Part shown: positions 50,406 through 60,461 of the stretch, piece by piece | Layout: every line of letters starts with the position of its first letter | How positions within the stretch are numbered: position 1 is the first letter of the stretch | NCBI GenBank assembly: GCA_963713045.1 | Contig: CAVQKE010000006.1 | Location: 192,001 to 256,000 of the forward strand | From: an uncultured delta proteobacterium | GTDB lineage: Bacteria; Myxococcota; Myxococcia; Myxococcales; Myxococcaceae | Reading direction: 5' to 3' | Length of the DNA stretch: 64,000 nt | Made by a program: the position numbers and the translations under genes | Notes under the pieces: generated by a model | Told to the model about the DNA's origin: nothing | Databases searched by the model: none | The model's input: the letters and a program-made list of their open reading frames with translations, nothing else

Positions 50406-52172
50406 TCAGGAGGTTTGAGCTTTCACCCAGGACTTGATGCGCTGCTCCAACACGTCCAAGGGCAAGGCTCCGGCGCCGAGAACCTCGTCGTTGAAGCTTC
50501 GGATGTCGAACTTCTTTCCAAGCGCCTGCTTGGCGTACTCCCGCAACTCGAGAATCTTTAGCTCGCCAACCTTGTAGCCAAGTGCCTGGCCGGGCCAAAC
50601 GATGTAGCGGTCGGTCTCGCTCTGCACCTCGCGGTCGATAAAGCCGGAGTGGGCGTGGAAGTAGTCCACCACCTGCTGCCGGGTCCAGCGCTTCGCGTGC
50701 AAACCGGTGTCCACCACCAGCCGAATGGCGCGCAACATCTCGTCCTGAAGGTGCCCGTAGTAGCTGTAGGGGTCGGTGTAGAAGCCAACTTCCCGCCCCA
50801 GCTGCTCGGCGTAGAGGGCCCAACCTTCAACGTACGCCGTGTAATTGGCCTGCTGTCGAAAGGGGGGAAGGTCCGGGAGCTCCTGGGCGATGGAAATCTG
50901 CAAGTGATGCCCGGGAACGCCCTCGTGGTAGGCCGTGGTCTCCATGTCCAGTGTCGTTTGCTTGGCGAATTCACCGGTATTCACCATCACGTGTCCAGGG
51001 CGTGACCCATCCGGCGTGCCCTGGTCATAGGCAGTCGAGGCTTCTTTTTCCCGGTACGTTTCGATGGGAAGGACCTTGAGCTTCGCCTTGGGAAGTCGGC
51101 CGAAGAGGTCGGGCAGCTTGGCCTCCATTTGGTCGAGGTAGGTGGTGTAGCGGTCGAGAATGTCCTGACGGGACTTGGGGTGCAGAGCGGGGTTGCCGTC
51201 GATGGAGGCGTTGAAGCTTTTCAGGTCTTGAAAGCCGAGTTTTCGAGCGACTTGGAGCATCTCGGCTTCGATGCGCTTCACTTCACTCAACCCAATTTGA
51301 TGGATTTGTTCTGGCGTCAGGTCGGTGGTGGTGGAGACCTTCACGTCATAGGCGTACCGGGCAGCGCCGTCGGGCAGTGACCAGACGCCCACCTGCTGCC
51401 GGCCCTTGGGGACGTATTCCTTCTGAACGAAGGTGGCGAACTTTCGGTATGTCGGATTCACGTCATCGCGGATGGCCGCGAGGATGGCTTTCCTCAGCCG
51501 GTCCTGGTCCTCCACGGAGAAGCTGGCGGGGAACTTGGACAAGGGCTGTGCAAAAGGGGAATCGGCTGGCTTGGCGTTGGCGATGGTCTCGCACTGCCGG
51601 ACGATTTTTGGCAGAAGGAATTGGGGGGGCATCAAGCCGTCCCGCATTCCATTTCGCATCTGGATGGTGACCTCGGCGAAAGCCCGCGGCACCTGCTTGA
51701 GCCGCGCGAGGTAGTCCTCGTAGTCCTTCACCGTCTCGAACGACAGCGAGCTGACCAGGTGTGGCAAGTCCACGTGAATGCCCGAATTTTGAAACACTGG
51801 CATTTCCCAATCCTTGAAGCGGGCACCCTCCAGCGCCAGGCGCAGCAGCTGCACCATCAGCTGCTTGTTCAGCTGCTCCTGCTGCGGAAAGCCGGTCGTG
51901 TCGACCGCTTCGAAGCGCTTGAGGAAGTCCGCGGTGGCTGCCAAGTCGCTGTCGATGAAGGCCTGCGAGTAGTCCTTCAGCCGGTCGTTGTAACGCTTGT
52001 CGCCGAGGATGGAGGCGAACTCGGGCTGCGACCGCAAGGTGTACTCCCACTGCTCTTGGAGGAGCGCTGCCAGCGCCTGACGGCGGCTTTCCAGGTCGGC
52101 CGCCGGCTGCGTGCCTGCGGACACCAGGGTCGGCCACACGCACAACGCGACGGCGAGCAGAATTGGTCTCAA
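50406..52172 (-). CDS. DUF885 family protein (putative metallopeptidase)
   Basis: HEGVPGHHLQ, EGWALYAE, RLVVDTGLH, PGQALGYKVG. Confidence 0.9.
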   Translation of the reverse strand: MRPILLAVALCVWPTLVSAGTQPAADLESRRQALAALLQEQWEYTLRSQPEFASILGDKRYNDRLKDYSQAFIDSDLAATADFLKRFEAVDTTGFPQQEQLNKQLMVQLLRLALEGARFKDWEMPVFQNSGIHVDLPHLVSSLSFETVKDYEDYLARLKQVPRAFAEVTIQMRNGMRDGLMPPQFLLPKIVRQCETIANAKPADSPFAQPLSKFPASFSVEDQDRLRKAILAAIRDDVNPTYRKFATFVQKEYVPKGRQQVGVWSLPDGAARYAYDVKVSTTTDLTPEQIHQIGLSEVKRIEAEMLQVARKLGFQDLKSFNASIDGNPALHPKSRQDILDRYTTYLDQMEAKLPDLFGRLPKAKLKVLPIETYREKEASTAYDQGTPDGSRPGHVMVNTGEFAKQTTLDMETTAYHEGVPGHHLQISIAQELPDLPPFRQQANYTAYVEGWALYAEQLGREVGFYTDPYSYYGHLQDEMLRAIRLVVDTGLHAKRWTRQQVVDYFHAHSGFIDREVQSETDRYIVWPGQALGYKVGELKILELREYAKQALGKKFDIRSFNDEVLGAGALPLDVLEQRIKSWVKAQTS

Positions 52173-52316
52173 GGGGCTCTTCCTTTGGCAAGTTTTGGGG
52201 CGCCCGCTCCGGCCGGGACGCCTCCCATGAATGGTGGCCCAAGGCAAGTCATCTGCAGCCGGCAACGCTGGGGGGGGGCACACCGACAAAAGGGGAAAAG
52301 GGAAAGGGCCGGCCCC

Positions 52317-53363
52317 TTAGGACTGAGAGGCGCCGGCGGACTGAGACTGTGACGCCAGCGGTGCCCCTTCGGGAGCCGAGGAGGCCTTCACCGAGTCCGC
52401 CTGGCGCACCTCTGGCCAGGCAAGCAGCTCGCGCCTGAGCTCCTCGCAGGCGGTGGTGGTCTCCTCGACAATGTGGGTGAGGAGCCGGTGCAACGTCTCT
52501 TCGCCCTCGCTCCAGCGGGGCTCCTCGCAGATAAAGATTTCCAGCCGGCGAAGGCGGCCCTGACTCTGCAGCTTCGGCAGCACCAACTCCTCTGGAGAGC
52601 GAATGCTGGCCAACCGCCTGGAGGCGTGGTGCACGCAGAAGCGGACGGAGCGGGGAAAGGCCGGCTCAAGCACCAAAAAGGCTGCCACCGCGCCCGGCGT
52701 CACCCGACCACCGCTCCGCTTCATGAAAGCCTCGAAGCCCGAGCAGGCCCGAAGCAGCGAGAGCCACAGCGTCTCCTCGACAATCACGCTTTGTGGGAGC
52801 TGAAGCAGCGCGTGGTGGTGGACGTCCAGAATGCGCGCCGTTTGCCCAACCCGTTCCAGCAGGACGCCCAGGCTGATGAAGTCATAGGCGTTGTCGTGCA
52901 GCATGCTGTTCTGAATGGCCCCCAGAACGAGCTGTGTCGATTCGCGAACCCGGCGGTAGAAGCTTTCGCGGCGCAGCGCGTACTCGTCGCGCCCACGCTT
53001 GTCGTTGAACCAAAGGTGAAATTCGTTGAGGGCCTCCCAGACCTCGAGCGAGACCACCTCCCGAATGCTGCGAGCGTTCTCCCGTGCCGCGGCGACTGAA
53101 CGCAGGATGCTTGCCGGGTTCTCGGCATTCCAGGTGAGGTACTGCTGTACCACTTCGCCGTTTCCACGAGCGGCTGCCTCAAAACGCGCCGCGAAGGCTT
53201 GGTCCTCGCCGCTGACCGTCAGCGCTGAGCCCCACACCTGGGCGGCGGGGAGAATCCCATCGAGGGCCAAGGCGGACGTCACCCGCAGGACCCGCGAGCT
53301 GCTCTCGGCCCGCTCCAGGTAGCGACCGAGCCAAAAACAGTGGTCGGCGACGCGGGAAATCAT
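52317..53363 (-). CDS. alpha-E domain protein
   Basis: MISRVADHCFWLGRYLERAE, ARENARSIRE, LER, FPRSV. Confidence 0.9.
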   Translation of the reverse strand: MISRVADHCFWLGRYLERAESSSRVLRVTSALALDGILPAAQVWGSALTVSGEDQAFAARFEAAARGNGEVVQQYLTWNAENPASILRSVAAARENARSIREVVSLEVWEALNEFHLWFNDKRGRDEYALRRESFYRRVRESTQLVLGAIQNSMLHDNAYDFISLGVLLERVGQTARILDVHHHALLQLPQSVIVEETLWLSLLRACSGFEAFMKRSGGRVTPGAVAAFLVLEPAFPRSVRFCVHHASRRLASIRSPEELVLPKLQSQGRLRRLEIFICEEPRWSEGEETLHRLLTHIVEETTTACEELRRELLAWPEVRQADSVKASSAPEGAPLASQSQSAGASQS

Positions 53364-54838
53364 CCGCGCGCCCTTTGAACCCAGGTGTCCTTGCTGCCCC
53401 CGCCCTGGCTGCTGTTGACCACGTAGCTGCCCTCCCGCATCGCTACCCGGGTCAGCCCTCCGGCGAGCACCCACGGGCCGTCCTTCCGAGTCAGGATGTA
53501 GGGCCTCAAGTCGACCCGCCGGGGAACGATGCGCCGGAGCTCAGAATCCCAGGTCGGACAGGTGGAGAGCTCGACCAGGGGCTGTGCGATGTAGCGCCTC
53601 GGCTCGGCAAGAATGCGCCGTCGAAACTCCTCGCGCTGCGCCTTGCTGGAGGCCGGCCCCATCAACATCCCATAGCCTCCGGCTTCGTCGACGGCCTTCA
53701 CCACCAAGCGGTCCAGGTGTTCGAGCACGTAGCGCCGGTCTTCCTCCCGGACGCACTGGTAGGTGGGCACCTGCTCGAGGAGCGCCTCTTCCCCGAGGTA
53801 GAAGCGCACCATGTCTGGGACAAAGGGGTAGACGCCCTTGTCGTCGGCCACGCCATTGCCGGGCGCATTGGCCAGGGTGACGTGGCCCTTCGCCCAGGCA
53901 CGCATCAGCCCCCGAACACCGAGCACCGAATCCGGCCGAAACATCTCCGGGTCCAGAAAGGCGTCGTCCGTTCGCCGGTAAACGACATCCACTTGCCGAC
54001 GGCCCCTCGTGGTGTGGAGAAAAAGCCGGTCGTCTTCGACGAAGAGGTCGGCGCCTTGGACCAGCTCGACACCCATTTGGCGGGCAAGGAAGCTGTGCTC
54101 GAAGTAGGCCGAGTTGTAGGGCCCCGGAGTGAGCACGACGACGGTGCTCAAATCGGGGTCCACCGGCGAGACACTGCGCAGGGCCGCAGCAAGACGCGCC
54201 GGGTAATGGTTCACTTGTCGGACCCGAGCAGCCTCGAAGAGTTGGGGGATGAGTCGCTTGGAGAGGAGTCGGTTCTCGAGGACGTAGGAGACACCGGAGG
54301 GAGTGCGCAGGTTGTCCTCGAGGACCCGGAACACGCCGTTGCCGTCGCGGACCAAGTCAATCCCAGAGACATGGATGCGCACGCCCGCCGGCGGCCGAAT
54401 GCCCTTCAGCGCGGGTAGGTAGTGCTTGGCTCCCAGCACCACCTCAGCGGGAATGGTTCCAGTCTTGAGGATGCGCTGCTCGCCGTAGACGTCGTCGAGG
54501 AAGGCCGCCAGCGCCAACACCCGTTGAACGAGGCCCCGTTCGAGCCGGTCCCAATCGGCAGCGCAGATGATGCGGGGCACCAGACAGACCGGGAAGACTT
54601 TCTCCAGGCCCCGGTCGTCGGAGTACACGGAGAAGGTGACGCCCTGGTTGACCAGGGCGGCTTCGGCCATCTCCTGGGTGTGGGCGAACTCATCCGCGCT
54701 CATGTCGTCCAGCCCGAGCAAGGCGCGAAACTCGGAGCGCAGCGACCCTGTCGCTTCGAGCAACTCGTCATAGGCGCCGGCGAGGGCCGGGTACCCCTTG
54801 AGGAGCGACGGGTGAGGGGGGCTGCCAGTTGTTGACAC
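53360..54838 (-). CDS. circularly permuted type 2 ATP-grasp protein
   Basis: VLEDNLRTPSGVSY, NSAYFEH, DLRPY, VNSSQGGGSKDTWV. Confidence 0.93.
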   Translation of the reverse strand: MSTTGSPPHPSLLKGYPALAGAYDELLEATGSLRSEFRALLGLDDMSADEFAHTQEMAEAALVNQGVTFSVYSDDRGLEKVFPVCLVPRIICAADWDRLERGLVQRVLALAAFLDDVYGEQRILKTGTIPAEVVLGAKHYLPALKGIRPPAGVRIHVSGIDLVRDGNGVFRVLEDNLRTPSGVSYVLENRLLSKRLIPQLFEAARVRQVNHYPARLAAALRSVSPVDPDLSTVVVLTPGPYNSAYFEHSFLARQMGVELVQGADLFVEDDRLFLHTTRGRRQVDVVYRRTDDAFLDPEMFRPDSVLGVRGLMRAWAKGHVTLANAPGNGVADDKGVYPFVPDMVRFYLGEEALLEQVPTYQCVREEDRRYVLEHLDRLVVKAVDEAGGYGMLMGPASSKAQREEFRRRILAEPRRYIAQPLVELSTCPTWDSELRRIVPRRVDLRPYILTRKDGPWVLAGGLTRVAMREGSYVVNSSQGGGSKDTWVQRARG

Positions 54839-54859
54839 CGCGCGTCTAAGCTAGCGCGC

Positions 54860-57800
54860 GTGCGCCTCCTCATCCAGCACCGCAGCCGGTACCTCTATCC
54901 GCGCCCCGCCGGGTTGGGACCACACCTGGTGCGTCTTCGCCCGGCCAGCCACGCCCGGGCCCGCGTCGAGACCTACGGACTCACCGTCTCTCCGCCAGCC
55001 GACGTCCGCTGGCAGCAGGACCCCAATTCAAATCACGTTGCGCGGGTGGTGTTTCCGCCGGGCGCGCGCCTGGACAGCCTGGAGCTGTTGGTGGAGCTGG
55101 CCCTCGACCTCCAACCCATCAATCCCTTCGACTTCCTCCTCGAGGAAACGGCCGAGGCAGTCCCACTCAGCTACCCGCCCGCGCAGCTGGACGAGTTGGC
55201 ACCTTTTCTAGCGCGCCAGACGCCCGTGCTGCAGGAAGGGCCTCGCTTCCTTGCCTTGGACGCCGAACTTCCGCGGCAGGGTTCAACGCTGGAGCTGCTC
55301 ACCACCGTCAACCGGGCCGTCAACAGCCGTGTCCGGTACGTCGTGCGCGGTGAGGCCGGCGTCTGGACGCCCGAGCAGACGCTGCAGGAAGGCAGAGGCA
55401 GCTGCCGCGACTCGGCGATGCTGCTGGTGGCGCTGTTACGGGCGCGCGGGCTGGCGGCCCGCTTCGTCAGCGGCTACTTGGTCCAGCTGGCCGACGAGGG
55501 AATGCTCCCGGACCAGCCGAGGGGCGTCAGCCGGGACGTGGTTGACCTGCACGCCTGGGCGGAAGTCTTTCTGCCCGGGGCGGGCTGGATTGGCCTGGAC
55601 GCCACCAGCGGGCTGCTCTGTGGCGAGGGCCACATTCCGCTCGCCTGCGCCGCCAACCCAGCCATGGCGGCACCGGTGGACGGGACCTCCGACATCCGCG
55701 CCTCGGACGTCGTCTTCGAACTCACCGTCACCCGCCTTGGTCACGAGGTGCGGCCGAACTCGCCATTCCCCGAGCGCGTCTACCAGGCAGTCCTCGAAGG
55801 CGCGGACCAGGCGGATGCCCTTCTGGACGCCGCCGGCCTGGGCCTCACCAGCGGCGGCGAGCCGACCTTCAACTCGCGCGAGCATCGCGAGGCCGAGGAA
55901 TGGAATGGCGCTGCGTTGGGGCCAACCAAATGGTCCCAGGGACTGCGGCTGTGCGCGGAAATTCGTGACCGCCTGATGCCTGGAGCCGCCCTCGTCCTCG
56001 GCCAGGGGAAGCACTACCCGGGCGAAAGCCTTCCGCGCTGGTCGCTCCAGCTGGTCGGACTCAGCCAAGGAGGAGCGCTCTGGACCGGAGACCTTGGGCG
56101 GCCCAGTGTCGCGGCGAGCACCGCGGAGGCGAGGCGCTTCATCGAGGCCCTGGCGGGGCGCCTCGGCGTTGCCCGGGGCGTGTTGCCTGCCTTCGAGGAC
56201 CCATGGCACTTCCTGGAAGCCGAGGCCGCGCTGCCCGTGGACGTCGACCCGCTGCGGACGGACTTGAAGGACTCGGAGGCACGCCGGCGCCTGGCGCGGG
56301 TGCTCGACCGCGGCCTAGGGCGGGAAGCCGCATACGTCCTCCCGCTGGCCCACCTTTCTGGGAGTTGGGTGACCGACCGCTGGCGCTTTCGCCGCCAGCA
56401 CCTCTTCCTGTTGCCGGGCGATTCCGCGGCCGGCGTCCGGTTGCCCCTGGCCTCCTTGCCGCCGGGTTACGTCCCTGAGCCCGACGAGCAACCCGTGACG
56501 CCGCCGGACCCGCGCCGCACAAAGCCAAGCCCCGGGACGCCCCGGGCGCTGCGAACCGCGCTTTGCACGGAGGTGCGCGACGGGCAGTTGTACGTCTTCT
56601 TGCCGCCTCTGGCGTCGGCCGCCGACTTCATCGCGTTGGTGCGCGAGGTGGATGCGGTGCGGTCCGAGACTGGGCTGCAGGTCCAGCTGGAAGGGTACCT
56701 GCCGCCGCGTTCGCTCAGCTTGCGCCGCTTCGCTGTGACGCCCGACCCGGGGGTCCTGGAAGCCAACCTTCCGCCCTCGAATACCGGACGTGCACACGCG
56801 GCCTTGCTTGAGGCGACATTCGTGGCGGCTCTCCACGCCGGCCTCCACACCGAGCGTTACCTCCTCAACGGCCGCATCGCCGGGAGCGGCGGTGGCCACC
56901 ACCTCACCCTGGGCGGCCCGACAGCCATGCAGAGTCCATTGTTGGTGCGGCCGGACTTGCTGGCCAGCCTGATTACCTTCTGTCAGCACCATCCGTCGCT
57001 CAGCTACCTCTTCACCGGACTCTTCGTCGGACCGACGTCTCAGGCGCCCCGGGTGGATGAGGCCCGCCATGACTCTCTCTATGAATTGGAGATTGCCCTC
57101 GCGCATGCCTTCGAGCCGAGTGAAACGCCGCTTCCCCCGTGGCGGGTGGACGGGCTTTTCCGCCACCTTCTGGTCGACGTCAGCGGGAACACCCACCGCG
57201 CCGAGCTGTGCATCGACAAACTCTTCGATTGGCGGACGCCGCAGGGCCGGCAGGGGCTGGTTGAGCTCCGGGCCTTCGAGATGCCACCCCACCCGAAGCT
57301 GGCGGCGGCCCAGGCGGTGCTGGTGCGCTCGCTGCTGGCTGCGTTGGCCCGCTCTCCTTACCGGCGTCCACTCGTGCGGTGGGGCACCGGGCTGCACGAC
57401 CGCTTCCTCCTACCCTATTGGATGTGGCGGGACTTCGAGGAGGTGCTCCAGTTTCTTGAAGCTGCTGGCATTGCGCTCCCCGCCGAGGCCTACCGGCCCT
57501 TCCTCGAGCTTCGCTGCCCGCTGGCAGGGCGCCTGGACGTGGGTGGCGTGCTACTGGAGGTGCGCGATGCGCTCGAGCCATGGCCGGTGCTGGGGGAGGA
57601 GCCGAACACCACCGGCACCGCGCGCTACGTGGACTCCTCAGTGGAGCGAGTCGAAGTCCGCGTCGAGGGGCTGGTGCCGGAGCGCCACCAGGTGCTGGTC
57701 AACGGCATTGAGCTGCCGCTGCGCTCCACCGGCAAGGTCGGCGAGGGAGTGGCCGGCGTGCGTTTCCGCGCCTGGTCACCGTCGCACAGCTTGCATCCCC

Positions 57801-58168
57801 ACCTCGGCGTGCACCATCCGCTTCGCTTCGACCTCGTCGACCGGTGGGGGGAGCGGTCTCTTGGAGCGTGCGGCTACCACGTCTGGCATGCCGAAGGGCG
57901 TGCCTTTGATGCGCCGCCGCTGACGGCCTTCGAAGCCTCGGCCCGACGGGCCCAACGCTTCACCCGCGAGTCACCGCTGCCCTGGCCGGTGAGCGCTCGC
58001 CGAGTGCCGGAGAGTCCTGAGGCACCTTGGACACTCGACTTACGGCGTTTTTCGGGCGACCACCCGCTCCCCGAGGTCGCGCCCGAGACGGAGTTGGATG
58101 CGGCCGCGGCCGCGGCAGCGGCAGCTTCGACAGAGGACGACAAACCGTTGTCCCCTGTCGAAAGGTGA
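54860..58168 (+). CDS. transglutaminase + DUF2126 putative amidoligase fusion
   Basis: GSCRDSA, DLHAWAEV, LDATSG, GGEPTF, GGGHHLTLGG, ELRAFEMPPH. Confidence 0.9.
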   Translation: MRLLIQHRSRYLYPRPAGLGPHLVRLRPASHARARVETYGLTVSPPADVRWQQDPNSNHVARVVFPPGARLDSLELLVELALDLQPINPFDFLLEETAEAVPLSYPPAQLDELAPFLARQTPVLQEGPRFLALDAELPRQGSTLELLTTVNRAVNSRVRYVVRGEAGVWTPEQTLQEGRGSCRDSAMLLVALLRARGLAARFVSGYLVQLADEGMLPDQPRGVSRDVVDLHAWAEVFLPGAGWIGLDATSGLLCGEGHIPLACAANPAMAAPVDGTSDIRASDVVFELTVTRLGHEVRPNSPFPERVYQAVLEGADQADALLDAAGLGLTSGGEPTFNSREHREAEEWNGAALGPTKWSQGLRLCAEIRDRLMPGAALVLGQGKHYPGESLPRWSLQLVGLSQGGALWTGDLGRPSVAASTAEARRFIEALAGRLGVARGVLPAFEDPWHFLEAEAALPVDVDPLRTDLKDSEARRRLARVLDRGLGREAAYVLPLAHLSGSWVTDRWRFRRQHLFLLPGDSAAGVRLPLASLPPGYVPEPDEQPVTPPDPRRTKPSPGTPRALRTALCTEVRDGQLYVFLPPLASAADFIALVREVDAVRSETGLQVQLEGYLPPRSLSLRRFAVTPDPGVLEANLPPSNTGRAHAALLEATFVAALHAGLHTERYLLNGRIAGSGGGHHLTLGGPTAMQSPLLVRPDLLASLITFCQHHPSLSYLFTGLFVGPTSQAPRVDEARHDSLYELEIALAHAFEPSETPLPPWRVDGLFRHLLVDVSGNTHRAELCIDKLFDWRTPQGRQGLVELRAFEMPPHPKLAAAQAVLVRSLLAALARSPYRRPLVRWGTGLHDRFLLPYWMWRDFEEVLQFLEAAGIALPAEAYRPFLELRCPLAGRLDVGGVLLEVRDALEPWPVLGEEPNTTGTARYVDSSVERVEVRVEGLVPERHQVLVNGIELPLRSTGKVGEGVAGVRFRAWSPSHSLHPHLGVHHPLRFDLVDRWGERSLGACGYHVWHAEGRAFDAPPLTAFEASARRAQRFTRESPLPWPVSARRVPESPEAPWTLDLRRFSGDHPLPEVAPETELDAAAAAAAAASTEDDKPLSPVER

Positions 58169-58580
58169 TGACCAGACGGCCCAGCTGTCCGGCGTCAGAC
58201 GCAAAGCCCGCGCATCCCGGTGGCATCCTCCAAAGCTGTTCAGCCCTGCCCCACGGTTGTCCGGGTCTGGGGACGCCGGAAGGGGCGGGGGAGGAGCATT
58301 CCCGCCTGCTCTCGGTAAGCCCGGTAACGCGCTCCGAATTGGGCAATCAGGTCCCGTTCCTCAAAAGCGATGCCGACCAGAATGTACGCTCCCCCATCGA
58401 CCGTCCGCCGTGCGTACTTGTGCTTCGCTGTCTATGGCCGGGGAACCCGTCGAGCGGGGCGGGCGACGTGGCTGCTTGCGCCGGCAGAAACCGTAGGGGT
58501 CGGGTAGTGCCGCCGCCGAATCGCCACAGAAGCCGGTGGCGTCTCAGGCAGCCGACAGATTCGTGCACTAAACTTCGACT

Positions 58581-60317
58581 GTGCCGAATCTACTGGCCAT
58601 GTGTTTCGAGGGAGAACTTTCCCCGACCTTCGACCTCCGTTGCCTGCAGCCCGGGTCCACCCACCCGGATGGCTGGGGACTTGGCTATTACCCGCCTGGC
58701 GAACCGTCGGTCGCCCTTCTCAAGGAGCCGGCCCCGACGTATGCCAGCTCCCAGGCCGAGGTGTTGCACCGCGGGGAGCGTTTCGCCTCGTCCATCTTCC
58801 TTCTGCATCTGCGCACCGCCACCTGGGGTGCCCTCAGCGACGCCAACACCCAGCCGTTTGCGCGCGCGTGGGGCGGACGGGAGTGGATTTTCGGACACAG
58901 TGGAAGCCTTGACCGGCGCCCGGAGCTGGATGCGAATTCGCTGTTCGAGCCCATCGGCGCCACCGACAGCGAAGTCATTTTCTGTGACTTGCTCAACCGC
59001 TTCGCCCAACGCAGCTGGCGTTCGCTGGGTGAGGCCGACCCAGCCGTCCTGGTGGACTGGCTGGGGACCATCAACACGCTCGGGACACTCAACATCATCC
59101 TGTCCGACGGCAGGGACGTGGTGGCCTATGCGGACAAGCACCAGAGCGGACTCAGCACCTGGCAGCTGCTGCCGCCGTACCAACAGGTGGTGGTGGGCGA
59201 CCGGGACGTGAGCATCGACCTCACCCGTCACGGCGTCAAAAGCCGAAAGGGCATCTTCATCTCGAGTCGTCCACTCACTTCCGAGGCCGAGACGCTGCCG
59301 ACGACCTGGCAGCCGCTGCAAACGGGCTCGCTGTGGGTCATCCGGGAGGGAGCGCTGCGGGCGGAAGTCCAAGCCCCCGGACCGCCGGTCCAGCGCGAGA
59401 CGAACGGCCACAACCCAGTGCGCCTTCACCGCCCCACGCCAGCGGAGTCGAAACGCCTCCAAGTCCTGCACCGGACGGTCTACCGGTACCGGGAGCCGGT
59501 TCAACAGAGCAGCCACCTGTTGCGGCTCAGTCCGATGCACGACCGAATGCAAACCGTCCTTGAGCATTCGCTCAGAGTCTCAGTGGAGGGGCAGTCACGC
59601 GAATACGACGATGTGTTTGGAAATCGCGTCCGCCGGCTGCGGTTGGACACGCCCTTCACCGAGTTGGTGATTGAGGCGAAAAGCCGGGTTGAGCTTCTCG
59701 AGACAGACCCGTTTGCCTTCCGGCAGCTGCGAGACAAGTCTTCCTTCCCCCTGGTGTGGATGCCATGGCAGCGCAACCAGCTCGCGCCCTTCCTGCTCCC
59801 CCCAGAGCTCCCCGAAAGCGAGCTGAATGACCTGACCGATTACGCGATGACCTTCGTGCTCCGAAACGACTATGACCTCTTCGACACGTTGCTCGACGTC
59901 AACGCGACCATCTTCAAAGAATTTCAATACGTGCAGGGGAGCACCACGCTCGGGACGACTGCCTTTCAGGTGTATTCCTCCCGCAGCGGCGTGTGTCAGG
60001 ACTTCAGCAATCTCTTCATCTGCATGATGCGGCTGTTGGGTGTGCCGGCGCGCTACATGTGTGGCTACGTCTACACCGGCCCGAAGAATCTCCAGCACCC
60101 GCAGTCAGAAGCGAGCCATGCCTGGGTCCAGGTCTATCTTCCAGAGGTGGGCTGGAGGGGCTTTGACCCGACCAACGGCATCCTCACGCAAACCGACCAC
60201 GTGAGGGTCGCCTGCGGCCGGGCCTACGCCGATGCGACGCCGACCTCAGGCACCATCTTCCTTGGCGGCGGTACCGAGCATCTCGAGGCAACCGTCGCAG
60301 TCGACGTCTGCGACTAA
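58581..60317 (+). CDS. class II glutamine amidotransferase-like domain fused to transglutaminase
   Basis: HPDGWG, HLRTAT, NTQPF, GATDSE; then GVCQDF, SHAWVQVY, GFDPTN. Confidence 0.85.
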   Translation: MPNLLAMCFEGELSPTFDLRCLQPGSTHPDGWGLGYYPPGEPSVALLKEPAPTYASSQAEVLHRGERFASSIFLLHLRTATWGALSDANTQPFARAWGGREWIFGHSGSLDRRPELDANSLFEPIGATDSEVIFCDLLNRFAQRSWRSLGEADPAVLVDWLGTINTLGTLNIILSDGRDVVAYADKHQSGLSTWQLLPPYQQVVVGDRDVSIDLTRHGVKSRKGIFISSRPLTSEAETLPTTWQPLQTGSLWVIREGALRAEVQAPGPPVQRETNGHNPVRLHRPTPAESKRLQVLHRTVYRYREPVQQSSHLLRLSPMHDRMQTVLEHSLRVSVEGQSREYDDVFGNRVRRLRLDTPFTELVIEAKSRVELLETDPFAFRQLRDKSSFPLVWMPWQRNQLAPFLLPPELPESELNDLTDYAMTFVLRNDYDLFDTLLDVNATIFKEFQYVQGSTTLGTTAFQVYSSRSGVCQDFSNLFICMMRLLGVPARYMCGYVYTGPKNLQHPQSEASHAWVQVYLPEVGWRGFDPTNGILTQTDHVRVACGRAYADATPTSGTIFLGGGTEHLEATVAVDVCD

Positions 60318-60461
60318 GTGCCCGGCCCTCTTTGGCGAGCGTGCTGCCCCCAAGCCCCTTCAACAGACCGCTCGCCTCGATGAAGCGTTGATGCTCTGCT
60401 GGCGCCGGTAGAGCGGCCCCTGGCCGCCAGGTCTCGATGGGGTTTTTCAGCAGCCGTGCCG

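Noticed and set aside
58169..58580. Riboswitch or ncRNA in the 410-bp gap within the transglutaminase cluster
   Set aside because: No recognisable consensus by eye; an Rfam/Infernal search would be needed.
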